From an uncultured virus (IMG/VR IMGVR_UViG_3300008113_000027) (lineage: Duplodnaviria > Heunggongvirae > Uroviricota > Caudoviricetes), in IMG/VR virus record IMGVR_UViG_3300008113_000027: a DNA stretch of 64,000 bases; one strand, written 5' to 3'. Both the position numbers and the translations under genes were made by a program. Shown here piece by piece: positions 10,558 to 20,100 of this stretch. Under the pieces are notes generated by a model, which made no database searches, was not told the origin of the DNA, and saw only the letters and a program-made list of their open reading frames with translations. Within the stretch, counting starts at the first letter, position 1. The number at the start of each line of letters is the position of its first letter.

Positions 10558-12996
10558 TTAATTGCTTTTTTTGTTAATCTTTTTCTTTTCTATTTCTAAT
10601 TTTTCTTTATCTATTTTTTTTTGATGCTCAAACTCTTGTTCATTCAAATCTTGTTTTCTCATTTTAACTTGAGCTTCCATTCCTTTTCTTGCTACTTCCA
10701 TTACATCAGGTTCTCCATCTTTATCTAAATCTTTATCCATTGAGAATCCCATAGACATAATAGTTTGTTTCTGTATTTCTCTTTCTGTTTTCATCTTTTC
10801 AAGCATTATTTCAGTTTCTCTTTCAAAAGCCATCTTTTCTTTTTCTGCTTGTAAAGCTTGTTGTTGCATTTCTTGTTGTTTTTCTAATTGCTGCATTTGT
10901 TGTTGTTGCAATTCTTCTCTTTTCTTAGATTCTGATGATTCAAGCATTTCTTCAGCTTCTTGTATTCCTTCTGCTCTAATTACTTTAATAACATCAGACA
11001 AATCAATTTTTTGAGCTTGCATTGCTGCATGGGCAAGTTGTGCAACAAGTTCTTTAGCTTCATGTGCTTTAGATGAATTTGAAACAAAGATACCATAAGT
11101 AGAGTTATCAAGTATATCTGAATCAATATTAATTAATTTTCTTGAAAAATCATCTAGTATGTAATATAACTTTTGATTTTCTTTTTCACTATATGCTATT
11201 TTAGCAACTTCAATTAATCTTTGAAGTACATTCTTTTTAACATAATTATGAAGTTCAAATACAGGTTCTAATATATGAGAACTTTGTACCATAGTTTGTT
11301 TAGTATTTGTAACAGCAGAGTTTGGTCCAATTTGTCCTTCAGCTTCTGGTGGAATACCAATAGACACTCCAGCTCTTCTTTCAATATATTCAGCAAGTTG
11401 AATATACTTTTGAATATCAGAAGCTAATGACATATCTATTTCTTTAACAGCATTAGGTATAGAGTAGTCACCTTTATTGCCTTCTTCATTAGGATTCATA
11501 AATCCTATTTTAGAACTCTCTAAAAAATATAACCACTTTTCAGTATCTATACCTGCACTTTCAGGAATCATACCAATGTTCATCATAAGTATTTTACCTT
11601 TATCTGATGCCATTAACAATTCAATCCTATACATAATGATGTCATAGTAATACTGATATGCTTTTATCCTATCTACAAAAGAAGTAGGTAATGAATTAGT
11701 AGCATCCATAATAGCACCTATGTATGGAAGTTTACAATAATAAAGATTATTTAAATCTTTAAATTGTCCAGGTACAGGTCTTAGATTTACATAAATATCT
11801 TTACCTATTTTATATCCTTCATATACTTCAGGAATCCATTCCCATTTACAAGATATATCACCATGCTCTCTATTTAGTACATATCCTTCATCAACTATTC
11901 TTTCTTGTACTTCTCCATTAGGGTCTGTAAATGTAAGAAACCCTATCTTTCTAAGTGCTTTCCAAGTAGCATGTACTACTCTTACAGTCCAACCCTCATC
12001 TTCTTTATTTACATTAAAAGTAAATGATGAGTCAGTAACATGATTAGCACTTTGAGTATAAAGAGAATATACTTTATCAATTTCTGCATTAGTAAGTTCA
12101 TCTCCAAAGTAAGCTACAACTTGAGCAGGAGAAAGTCTATATACACATACTGCCCATTCTCCTTCTTCAATAAATTCCTGGTCAGGTGATTTATCATAAT
12201 CAAAATATAAAGGATTTATTACAGACATTGCAGGTTCACCATTAAGAATACCTACCCAAAATATTTCTTTAGCAGATATACATAAGTGTTTAAATCCTTG
12301 ATTAAATTTAGTAGCTACATTTTCTTTTTGTACTAAGTATTCTAATAGTTGATGTGCTAATGCTTCTGCTGGGTCTTGGTGCTCCCTTTGCATATACCTA
12401 TGTATTTCTTCAGGAGTCATTGTTTTTAACTCTTGTTCTATCTGTTGTTGTATTTGTTGTATTTGTTCAGGAGTAGGTTGTTGTCCTTGTAACTCTGCCA
12501 TTTTCTTTTGTTCCAATCCCATTCTGATTGGTTTCATTATCTCAGATATAACATACTCCTGTATCATTTTAAATTCTTCTTGTTCTCTTCTTGTAGTAGC
12601 TTCTTCATTAACTGCCATTACTTTCCAAGAAAAAGGTCTTTTCATTTCCATACCTAAGAGTACTTTTATCTTAGGAGATATAATATCTCTATTAACAAAG
12701 TTAGCAGGTAACTCTCCACTCTGTGCACCAAATGGTCTAATTACATATTCAAAATCTCTAATGTTAATAATGTTATTAAACAAGTCATAATTAACTTTCA
12801 TTCTTTTATAATCAGATACACCATTAGTATCAAATGTATCAAAACCATATCCATTAAAACCTACTTGTGAAAATGACCTCTTATCTAAGAAGTCTAAATT
12901 TGCTTTATACCAATGTTTATTATCAGCATTTTTTTGTGCTCTTGTTATCCTATGTTTAGGCATACCAACACTTGCTGCTGTTTCTGTAGTTATCAT
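10558..12996 (-). CDS. Portal protein
   Basis: 812 aa following TerL; W..EVYEG.KIG motif, Q-rich coiled-coil C-terminus; crAss-like size and position. Confidence 0.88.
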   Translation of the reverse strand: MITTETAASVGMPKHRITRAQKNADNKHWYKANLDFLDKRSFSQVGFNGYGFDTFDTNGVSDYKRMKVNYDLFNNIINIRDFEYVIRPFGAQSGELPANFVNRDIISPKIKVLLGMEMKRPFSWKVMAVNEEATTRREQEEFKMIQEYVISEIMKPIRMGLEQKKMAELQGQQPTPEQIQQIQQQIEQELKTMTPEEIHRYMQREHQDPAEALAHQLLEYLVQKENVATKFNQGFKHLCISAKEIFWVGILNGEPAMSVINPLYFDYDKSPDQEFIEEGEWAVCVYRLSPAQVVAYFGDELTNAEIDKVYSLYTQSANHVTDSSFTFNVNKEDEGWTVRVVHATWKALRKIGFLTFTDPNGEVQERIVDEGYVLNREHGDISCKWEWIPEVYEGYKIGKDIYVNLRPVPGQFKDLNNLYYCKLPYIGAIMDATNSLPTSFVDRIKAYQYYYDIIMYRIELLMASDKGKILMMNIGMIPESAGIDTEKWLYFLESSKIGFMNPNEEGNKGDYSIPNAVKEIDMSLASDIQKYIQLAEYIERRAGVSIGIPPEAEGQIGPNSAVTNTKQTMVQSSHILEPVFELHNYVKKNVLQRLIEVAKIAYSEKENQKLYYILDDFSRKLINIDSDILDNSTYGIFVSNSSKAHEAKELVAQLAHAAMQAQKIDLSDVIKVIRAEGIQEAEEMLESSESKKREELQQQQMQQLEKQQEMQQQALQAEKEKMAFERETEIMLEKMKTEREIQKQTIMSMGFSMDKDLDKDGEPDVMEVARKGMEAQVKMRKQDLNEQEFEHQKKIDKEKLEIEKKKINKKSN

Positions 12997-15083
12997 ATTA
13001 GTTGATGTGAGTTAGAATTTTTAAACCATGATTTGTAACTATTTAATAAATACTTTGCTGATTTGTTCTCCTCATTCTGTTCATATTTTTTTTCACCTTC
13101 TTCTTCTAATTGAAACATTATCATCATAAATGCCATTACTCGGTCAAAATTTCCTTTCTTATTATAAAGTATAAGTTCTTCTAAAAGACCTGGGTCTTCA
13201 ATAGTATCTAAGTTTAATATAATATTCCCATTCTCATCTACATCTCTTTCTTGTAATAACCATTGCTTTATATACTTAGCTCCTGCATCTTTTAATTCAG
13301 GATTCATGTGAATACCAAATACCCTTGCTACTTTAGAATTCTTTATAGTCTTAGATATAACAGCATCCGGTTGTGCAGCTAATAGATGTAACTTTCTCTT
13401 CTTTTCAAAATATCCTTTAACATCTCTAATCATATTCTCATGCATTATCTCTGCATTATAAAGTTCAGCTAATAACTCTACTACTCTATGAGTATCATCT
13501 ACTGTTTTCATCCTACCTACATAAGATGCAACTATCTTATGTCTTGAAAATGAAAACTCATTATTACTCTTATAAACATATACAGCACCTAATGATACAC
13601 CTGAAGTTTGGTCTTGTTGATAAGGGTCATATCCTATCTTATAAAGACCTTTAGGTGGATTAGCTACTGGATATTCATAAACTACAGGTGCTCCACTTAA
13701 ATCAAGAATCTTTGGTTTATAATGCCATACAGGTTCTAACTCATTTTTTAAATCAGGTATTGCTTTTACTTTACCTTCTTCATTTCTTATAAGAGATACT
13801 GGTTGTCCTTTCTTATGATATATCTGTTCTCTCTCTACAATGTTTAATCTATTTCTAAGTTCAGTAATTGGAAAGTCATTAGTAGATACAGTAAGAAAAG
13901 CTTCACTAGGTTTAAGAGGATATTCTTGTACTCTTCTTTGAATAACTCCTGTACCATTAGATGAGTTCTTTAATATCTTTTCTCTTTCTTCTATCTCATA
14001 ATTAATAGCTTCTTGCTTTAATGAGTTACCTTGTTTATCATAAAAACCATCCATGTTCCAAAATACAGGGTGAAAGAATCCACATTTTGTATTCTCTGCA
14101 TTATCATCCCATACATTAGTAAATGGCATTAAGTTATAAGTTGCTGGGTCATAAAACATTTCAGCAAAATCTACTGTGCCACTTTCCATATCACCACCTG
14201 TACCAAATATAAGTATCTGTCCTGTTATAAATTTACCTGCTTTAAGTGTAGGTTCAGTAGCCATATAAGAATCCTTGAGGTTAGGAAACTTACCTGCTTC
14301 TTCTAACAGCACATACTTAGCATCCTTACCCCTGGCAGCATCTGGATTATCTTTAAAAGTTACTGCTATAACTTGTGACTGATAACCTTTCTCAATAGCT
14401 ACACCATTTAACACTTCCTTATATGATGCCTTTCTATGTTCTTGTTTATCAATGTAATCTCTATTCTTTCTCCACCCAGTATGCTCATTAAGGAAGTTAA
14501 GATAGTCAGTAACCATACCCATAGTTCCTTCAGGATATAAGTACTTCTTTTCAAAAGCACCAATAAGACATAAAGAGTTCCTAACAGTATTATATACATT
14601 AGCTACTTTAGCAGCATTCTTAAATGAGTAACCCTTACGTCTTGATTTACCTACTATAATATGTCTACCACCATCTAAGAATTCATCCTCTACTCTTACT
14701 TCTAATTGAAGATTGTCAAATGTTTCTCTATTCAGTCCATTATAAGCTATTTCAGTTGCCCAATAGTAATTATAATCACCATCCCAAAAGTCAGGAAATC
14801 CTGCTAACTTTTTTGCTTTTCTACCTGATGCTCCTTTCTCAACTCTCATGATAGGGCAAAAGTTTAAGTAAAAATAATGGTCACCTGTTATCTTAACTCC
14901 AGCTACTTCATATCCTTCAACTGTTCTTCTAAACTGTTCTTCCCAATATATTTGCCATGAAGGAGAACCCCAAGGGTCAGGACAATAATATCCATACTTT
15001 TCAAAGTGTCTAGCTTCTTCTCTAAACACTTCTGTATTTACCCAAATACCATCAGGATTTCTTATAGACTGGAGTTTACTCAT
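12993..15083 (-). CDS. terL: Terminase large subunit
   Basis: Walker A-like GKSRRKGYS, Walker B LLEEAG, motif III GTGG, nuclease GYDPY and NFDRVMA. Confidence 0.93.
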   Translation of the reverse strand: MSKLQSIRNPDGIWVNTEVFREEARHFEKYGYYCPDPWGSPSWQIYWEEQFRRTVEGYEVAGVKITGDHYFYLNFCPIMRVEKGASGRKAKKLAGFPDFWDGDYNYYWATEIAYNGLNRETFDNLQLEVRVEDEFLDGGRHIIVGKSRRKGYSFKNAAKVANVYNTVRNSLCLIGAFEKKYLYPEGTMGMVTDYLNFLNEHTGWRKNRDYIDKQEHRKASYKEVLNGVAIEKGYQSQVIAVTFKDNPDAARGKDAKYVLLEEAGKFPNLKDSYMATEPTLKAGKFITGQILIFGTGGDMESGTVDFAEMFYDPATYNLMPFTNVWDDNAENTKCGFFHPVFWNMDGFYDKQGNSLKQEAINYEIEEREKILKNSSNGTGVIQRRVQEYPLKPSEAFLTVSTNDFPITELRNRLNIVEREQIYHKKGQPVSLIRNEEGKVKAIPDLKNELEPVWHYKPKILDLSGAPVVYEYPVANPPKGLYKIGYDPYQQDQTSGVSLGAVYVYKSNNEFSFSRHKIVASYVGRMKTVDDTHRVVELLAELYNAEIMHENMIRDVKGYFEKKRKLHLLAAQPDAVISKTIKNSKVARVFGIHMNPELKDAGAKYIKQWLLQERDVDENGNIILNLDTIEDPGLLEELILYNKKGNFDRVMAFMMIMFQLEEEGEKKYEQNEENKSAKYLLNSYKSWFKNSNSHQLI

Positions 15084-15553
15084 TATTGTCCAGGTGCAGT
15101 AGTTACAAACTTTAATCTATAAATAGTATGTGCTATAAGTTGAAGAATCTCATCTAATTGATTTTGAATCCATCCTTCTTCATACATATTTCTTTCCTTA
15201 GTAACTTGAGTATAAAGATTCTGCATATATGACAAAGGATTAGACATAGCACTAGCAGAAAAAGAAAGAGTAAGTTGACCATGCACTCCCATTACTGTTT
15301 CAGCAAGAGTATCTAACTTCTCATCTAATCCACTATAAAAAATAGAAAGAGCTTCATGTGGAGCTAATGCTCTGCTTCTTTGTTCAATATGAGTAATGTG
15401 AGCATCTTCTTTAGCTTTAAAAAGCATAGATATAAATCCACTACAATCTTTAGACATAGTCATACCCATATCCATAGGTTTAGAATATTCAGAAGGTGTA
15501 GATTTCATTGATGGTCTAATATCATCAAATGCTTCTAAAAATTTGTTTTTCAT
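15083..15553 (-). CDS. Ferritin/Dps-like four-helix bundle protein
   Basis: H..H, HEAL..FY..L....D.LAE..MG and NQLDEI...Y.L pattern. Confidence 0.6.
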   Translation of the reverse strand: MKNKFLEAFDDIRPSMKSTPSEYSKPMDMGMTMSKDCSGFISMLFKAKEDAHITHIEQRSRALAPHEALSIFYSGLDEKLDTLAETVMGVHGQLTLSFSASAMSNPLSYMQNLYTQVTKERNMYEEGWIQNQLDEILQLIAHTIYRLKFVTTAPGQ

Positions 15554-15568
15554 AGTTTAAGATTTAAA

Positions 15569-16123
15569 TTATTTTTCAAATGGATTAATTTCTTTACCTG
15601 CCTTTGTTTTAGAACTTTCATACAACTCCTGTTCAACTCTATCCTTTAAGTCAGTCATTGATTTAAGTACTTCATTAGCAGATTTTAATGCAGCAATAAC
15701 TTCTCCAATTTTATATACAGGTATTCCTTTATCTGTTCTTTCATTAAAATCAACATTCTCAAAAAAGTTAATAGTTTCTTCTATACCACTTTTAACAGCA
15801 TTATAATACCTCATAGATGGAGAAGCATTCATTAACCATTCTTCATACAACCTTGTAGCTTCTTCTACTAATTCATCAGGTATCCATTCTTCATCTTTCC
15901 ATAACCCCTGTACTATCTTAGTTTTCTTTACATCAACATGATACCCAGCATAAGGATTTGTTTTCTTTGGAGAAACTGAGAAACAAATATAAGAAAATTC
16001 TCTGATAGCTGTTTCTTTATGTTTAGATTTATCTCTATCCCATATCTCACTAAATGGGTATATGAGTAATAACTCTTTAACAGGAGTCACATGAGAGTTA
16101 TGCATTTCAAATATTTCTACCAT
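15569..16123 (-). CDS. Conserved protein near TerL, possible terminase small subunit
   Basis: 184 aa helical protein two genes upstream of TerL. Confidence 0.35.
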   Translation of the reverse strand: MVEIFEMHNSHVTPVKELLLIYPFSEIWDRDKSKHKETAIREFSYICFSVSPKKTNPYAGYHVDVKKTKIVQGLWKDEEWIPDELVEEATRLYEEWLMNASPSMRYYNAVKSGIEETINFFENVDFNERTDKGIPVYKIGEVIAALKSANEVLKSMTDLKDRVEQELYESSKTKAGKEINPFEK

Positions 16124-16127
16124 AATA

Positions 16128-16340
16128 TTACTTTATAATTAACCTCTCTGTTAATGCTAAAAACTCTTTTTCCATATTTATAAATCTTGCATCAACTTCC
16201 ATAAGTGCAGATATATTTTCTTCATAAGGTTCCATATCCTTATTAAACCTATCAAACACTTTTAAAAACTGGTTACCTAATGTAATAACCTCTTGTGCTC
16301 TTGTGAGTAAATACTCTTCTGTAATTTCTTCTGGTTGCAT
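16128..16340 (-). CDS. Hypothetical protein
   Basis: 70 aa ORF in operon. Confidence 0.45.
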   Translation of the reverse strand: MQPEEITEEYLLTRAQEVITLGNQFLKVFDRFNKDMEPYEENISALMEVDARFINMEKEFLALTERLIIK

Positions 16341-16345
16341 GTTGT

Positions 16346-17197
16346 TTATATTAAATTTGAAAGTTCCATTGCTCTAACTAGTCTTGTAAGTCCTATACCT
16401 CCACCTACTCTTGGGATAAATTTGTGGGTAAGAAAAATGTTTAGTTCATCTATTACTCTTGAATAACCAAAAAGGTCAAAAAGCTTTTCTGCATATTTAC
16501 CATTTTCAATAGTAAAGAAAACAGTTCTCATTTGGTCTACATCACAAGACCTTTCTGCTGACCCAATTGTTTCTTGACCATGCAGAATAACATCAATCTT
16601 ATTTGCCTTTCTATCTTCACCACGTTTCATATTCCAAAAAGGATTTGTGTGTTCAGGAAATTGAGTAAGAAGAAATACATTAGAAATGTCTTCACTAATC
16701 TTAGCTTCTGTTTTAGAATCAATTTCTTTTACTCCATAAGCATTAGCTGTCAATTCATAATCTCCTTCTTGAATGTTTTGGAAACCAAGATATGTAAGTA
16801 ACTCTATTTCAAGTTTTTTTAAGTCTTCTATAGTTCCATGAGTTTCAAATTCAAACATAGGGAATATTTTATGATGTCTACCTGGTTCTGGATTTTTTTC
16901 ATTTCTATATGATGTAGTTACACAAACAAATCCTGTTTCTTCAGGATGTAGAAGTAAGTAATCTTCCAAAGTCATTTGTCCTGTTTGTGGAAGAGGCCAA
17001 TCTTTAGCATCAAAAGAAAACTTAGCTATTGAATGTGGATTCTCACAAGCAGAGAGTATTGCTAGTCTATTCTGAGGATGAACTTCATGGAATCCTTTGT
17101 GATTGATAAAGAAGTTTCTAAGAAGTGTAGTTACTTTTGTGTACTTCTTATAATCAATTTGTGGATAAAGTGGGTCTGTTAAAAAATTGTTTGTCAT
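16346..17197 (-). CDS. Class IIb aminoacyl-tRNA synthetase-like catalytic core (AsnRS/AspRS-like, no anticodon-binding domain)
   Basis: LPQTGQ, motif 2 SYRNE..PGRHH..FPMFEFE, ETIGSAER, motif 3 GGGIGLTRL; only 283 aa. Confidence 0.85.
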   Translation of the reverse strand: MTNNFLTDPLYPQIDYKKYTKVTTLLRNFFINHKGFHEVHPQNRLAILSACENPHSIAKFSFDAKDWPLPQTGQMTLEDYLLLHPEETGFVCVTTSYRNEKNPEPGRHHKIFPMFEFETHGTIEDLKKLEIELLTYLGFQNIQEGDYELTANAYGVKEIDSKTEAKISEDISNVFLLTQFPEHTNPFWNMKRGEDRKANKIDVILHGQETIGSAERSCDVDQMRTVFFTIENGKYAEKLFDLFGYSRVIDELNIFLTHKFIPRVGGGIGLTRLVRAMELSNLI

Positions 17198-17225
17198 TTT
17201 GTTATGTATATAAGTGAGTGAATGG

Positions 17226-17516
17226 TTATTTACTTATTAGTCCTTTAATTGTAAGAGTAGTTTTTGTATTATCATCAAAAGTTACAGTAGCAGTCTTATT
17301 AAAATCAAGTGTAGTTACACCATGTTTCTTTAAATGATTAGGTATATCTGTACTTTCATAAGTAAGAGTTATAATGTTTCCATCATTTTTAAAAGTAGTG
17401 CAACCACAAGAAGCTTTTATTTCTATAATCTTCTTGTCACCTAAGTATTCAAAACTTGCTGTTAATTCTTTCTTTGGTTTTACAGTACCAAAATCATGAG
17501 TTGTTTTATTCCACAT
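17226..17516 (-). CDS. DUF1573-like Ig-fold protein
   Basis: HDFG.V and ASCGCT motifs, K.ATV...L.I.G end. Confidence 0.7.
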   Translation of the reverse strand: MWNKTTHDFGTVKPKKELTASFEYLGDKKIIEIKASCGCTTFKNDGNIITLTYESTDIPNHLKKHGVTTLDFNKTATVTFDDNTKTTLTIKGLISK

Positions 17517-17518
17517 AA

Positions 17519-17845
17519 TTATTTCATTACTTGAGTTTTATAATCATTCCATTGTTTCTTTGTCATCATAGGATAATAACACTTACCCTCACATTGCTTA
17601 TTAGCAAAAGTTAATGCTGGTATAGAGCATTCACAAATCTTACATTGTCCACTAGAATAACACACTCTATCCATCATTTCTAATCTCCATTCAAATTGCT
17701 CTTGTATATGCTTCCTTATTAAGAACCTACATTTTGAGTAATACAGATATTCCCTTGTATGTCCTTGAAAGAAATACCAAATATCAATTAGACTTCTTTC
17801 TCCTTTGATAATACTCTTTAAAGAGCGTAGGATTTTTTTCAACAT
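17519..17845 (-). CDS. Cys-rich (putative Zn-binding) protein
   Basis: C...GQCKICEC...C..KC. Confidence 0.55.
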   Translation of the reverse strand: MLKKILRSLKSIIKGERSLIDIWYFFQGHTREYLYYSKCRFLIRKHIQEQFEWRLEMMDRVCYSSGQCKICECSIPALTFANKQCEGKCYYPMMTKKQWNDYKTQVMK

Positions 17846-18140
17846 AATTCTTTAGTGCTTTTAATTTAAGAAAATATTTACTATTCTCAGTAACCCAACT
17901 TTGTGTTCTTACTATCTTATCTAATTTAGCAATTTCTTGTTTTACAGGAGCAGCAAATATTTGAAAACTACCAAATCCTTTTAACCTTATATCAGGCAAA
18001 TCATCATCTGCCATCCTATTTCTAAAATAATAAAAAGTATCATTAATAATCTTATAGCATTCTGCTTCTGTAAGTTGAGGATATTGTTCTTTTATTAGAT
18101 TATAATACCTATTAATATATACATACTTATAATCTGTCAT
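17784..18140 (-). CDS. IHF/HU-like DNA-binding protein
   Basis: IRLKGFGSF motif characteristic of HU/IHF. Confidence 0.7.
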   Translation of the reverse strand: MTDYKYVYINRYYNLIKEQYPQLTEAECYKIINDTFYYFRNRMADDDLPDIRLKGFGSFQIFAAPVKQEIAKLDKIVRTQSWVTENSKYFLKLKALKNYVEKNPTLFKEYYQRRKKSN

Positions 18141-18483
18141 TAACTTCTTTATTTATAATTTGCAAATAGTATTCTTGCTTATCTTCATTAGGAATAAGAA
18201 GAGCAGGTATCTCATTAGAAGTAGATATAAATCCTTTTTGTTTTAAAGCCTTTATATAATTAGACAAACCCCCATCAGATAAGGAAAGTTCTTGTTTAAC
18301 CAATTTCTTAGCAGTAGGTCCAAACCTATCTTTACCTATATCTCCTTTTAAAGACATAAAAAGAGCAAGTACTTCAACTTCTTTGGGTGTTAATTTGATA
18401 GGTAAGAGTGAATTAACTATGTTTAAATGTACCTTATAATAGTCATTTCCAAGTAGTTCTAACTTTTTACTAAGTGCTTTCAT
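18127..18483 (-). CDS. Winged-helix DNA-binding protein
   Basis: LTPKEVEVL...LSLSDGGLSNYIKALKQKGFI HTH pattern. Confidence 0.6.
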   Translation of the reverse strand: MKALSKKLELLGNDYYKVHLNIVNSLLPIKLTPKEVEVLALFMSLKGDIGKDRFGPTAKKLVKQELSLSDGGLSNYIKALKQKGFISTSNEIPALLIPNEDKQEYYLQIINKEVNDRL

Positions 18484-18507
18484 TTTTACTTTAAGTTTTC
18501 TTTAGAA

Positions 18508-18515
18508 CAAAGATA
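18508..18515 (-). promoter_or_regulatory. Bacteroidota-type -7 promoter box (TATCTTTG) for the minus-strand structural operon
   Basis: TAnnTTTG about 25 nt upstream of the first ATG of the operon. Confidence 0.55.
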
Positions 18516-18683
18516 TAAAATTACAATCTGATTTAATTTTTTTCTGAAAAAATTTTTTTAAAATAAAAATCTTGGAAAAATAGTGAGTGTGTGATTCCCC
18601 TCTGCAACCACCCCCACCACTTGCGTTTCCACTTCAACTCCCCTCCCTTTTCTCCTGCGTTTTTTTCTTCGCTCCCAATTTAT

Positions 18684-18720
18684 TTTTCCCATTCACTCAA
18701 CCCTCCACCAATGTTGGACA
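18684..18720 (+). promoter_or_regulatory. Repeated motif copy 1 (TTCACTC-N17-GGACA), candidate phage RNAP promoter
   Basis: Gapless match of the core to copies at 19655 and 21449. Confidence 0.6.
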
Positions 18721-18757
18721 GAGATTTTTCTGTCTTCACCTTTTAATACCTAAGTGT

Positions 18758-19093
18758 ATGTCACAGTCTAATGGTAAAGTTTTGTTCTTGTCTGTTCAAG
18801 AGTTCTGTTCAAAGTTTAATATTGAAAGCTTTGAGTTAAAACTAAACTCTAAATCGGGCAAGATTTCTTGTCTTCTCAATGAGAATACTCCTGAGCAGGA
18901 GTTTCTCCCAATATCTCCTGAGTTACAGGATAATCATCAACTTATCTTGGACAATCAGGATAAACTCCGCATGATTGTTCCAATAAGTTTGGTTGGTAAA
19001 CGTGAGATAGCTGATTGGCAATCAGCATGTTTGTTGTTGCCCAAACCAGGCACAGGAGAGTCACCGCTCTCTACATTCCTAAAGTTCGTTTAG
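18758..19093 (+). CDS. Hypothetical early protein (likely start MSQSNGK)
   Basis: ATG at 18758 follows motif copy 1; the upstream in-frame extension is low-complexity. Confidence 0.55.
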   Translation: MSQSNGKVLFLSVQEFCSKFNIESFELKLNSKSGKISCLLNENTPEQEFLPISPELQDNHQLILDNQDKLRMIVPISLVGKREIADWQSACLLLPKPGTGESPLSTFLKFV

Positions 19094-19203
19094 GAATCTC
19101 TCTAAGTATAGCGTAATCTGTTTAGTCCTTATGGTGTAGGTTAACCATCAGATTACGTTATACTTTTCTCTTAAACATTATTTAACTTCTAAATCTATAA
19201 ATC

Positions 19204-19398
19204 ATGGCTTCTTTAATCAAAGCTTTAATAATAGCATTACTCATAATGCTAAATGTTATTCTTATCATCTGCTATATGGAAATAGCAGATGAAGTAACCG
19301 AGTTTCAAGCTATTAGCTTGGGATTAATATGTTGCATTACAACTACTGGTTGTATTGGTGCAACTGCAGGTATATCTATGATAAATACAGAGAGTTAA
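19204..19398 (+). CDS. Small two-TM membrane protein
   Basis: 64 aa hydrophobic, A-rich leader, followed by terminator. Confidence 0.55.
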   Translation: MASLIKALIIALLIMLNVILIICYMEIADEVTEFQAISLGLICCITTTGCIGATAGISMINTES

Positions 19399-19415
19399 TC
19401 TCTCTGTATTTTTTT
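19384..19415 (+). terminator. Intrinsic terminator
   Basis: AATACAGAGAG/CTCTCTGTATT stem plus T-run. Confidence 0.75.
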
Positions 19416-19439
19416 ATTAACTTTTAAAACTAACTAACA

Positions 19440-19526
19440 ATGATAGCATTATTATTCATAGGATTTATGATGTTCTTATTTCTTACAATAGAACTAAATC
19501 ACAGAGAACAAACTCCTAACAATTAA
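19440..19526 (+). CDS. 28-aa membrane micropeptide (MIALLFIGFMMFLFLTIELNHREQTPNN)
   Basis: Translated by hand; A-rich leader like neighbouring genes. Confidence 0.4.
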   Translation: MIALLFIGFMMFLFLTIELNHREQTPNN

Positions 19527-19536
19527 ACTTATAACT

Positions 19537-19617
19537 ATGTCAGCTGATTTATGTGCAGTTATAAGTGCTATATTATTTACAGTAATAATCATAGTGCTTA
19601 ACTATAAAAGAGATTAA
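19537..19617 (+). CDS. 26-aa membrane micropeptide (MSADLCAVISAILFTVIIIVLNYKRD)
   Basis: Translated by hand; followed by hairpin AAAGAGAT/ATCTCTTT and T-run. Confidence 0.4.
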   Translation: MSADLCAVISAILFTVIIIVLNYKRD

Positions 19618-19654
19618 CATCTCTTTTATTTTTTATTATACTTTTTACTCTTCC

Positions 19655-19690
19655 TTTTCCATTCACTCTTCCCCCTACATATTTGGGACA
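19655..19690 (+). promoter_or_regulatory. Repeated motif copy 2
   Basis: TTCACTC TTCCCCCTACATATTTG GGACA. Confidence 0.6.
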
Positions 19691-19890
19691 CTAACAAAGT
19701 CTTAGTTATATACACATGGTTACTGGTGTATAATAATGAAAAACGTGTAACTCATAAGCATAAGTGAAACAAACAATGCATTAAACTAATAATGGATATC
19801 ATACTATAGCAGACATTAAGTCTGAAGTAAATAATGTATAGCTCTGACATTATTAGTTTTTTTATTTTTTAACTTTTAAATACATATAAT

Positions 19891-20100
19891 ATGTATATAA
19901 TAATTAATAAAACTAAAGGAATTGTTCATTATCATCAAGGAAATTTTCCTAATATTGATGAATCAATTCTTGATACTGATGATATTATAATAGTTAGTAC
20001 TTACAGTAATACTGTTAAAGTACCTGTATTATTACCTGATAACATCAGTTACAACATACCTGGACAAAGGTATGATTGGATAGAATTAAAAAACTCATAA
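19891..20100 (+). CDS. Hypothetical protein
   Basis: 69 aa ORF with typical leader. Confidence 0.5.
   Translation: MYIIINKTKGIVHYHQGNFPNIDESILDTDDIIIVSTYSNTVKVPVLLPDNISYNIPGQRYDWIELKNS

Noticed and set aside
18587..18757. N-terminal 57-codon extension of the 168-aa ORF
   Set aside because: Pro/Phe low-complexity translation of the C-rich regulatory tract from a GTG start; ATG 18758 is more plausible
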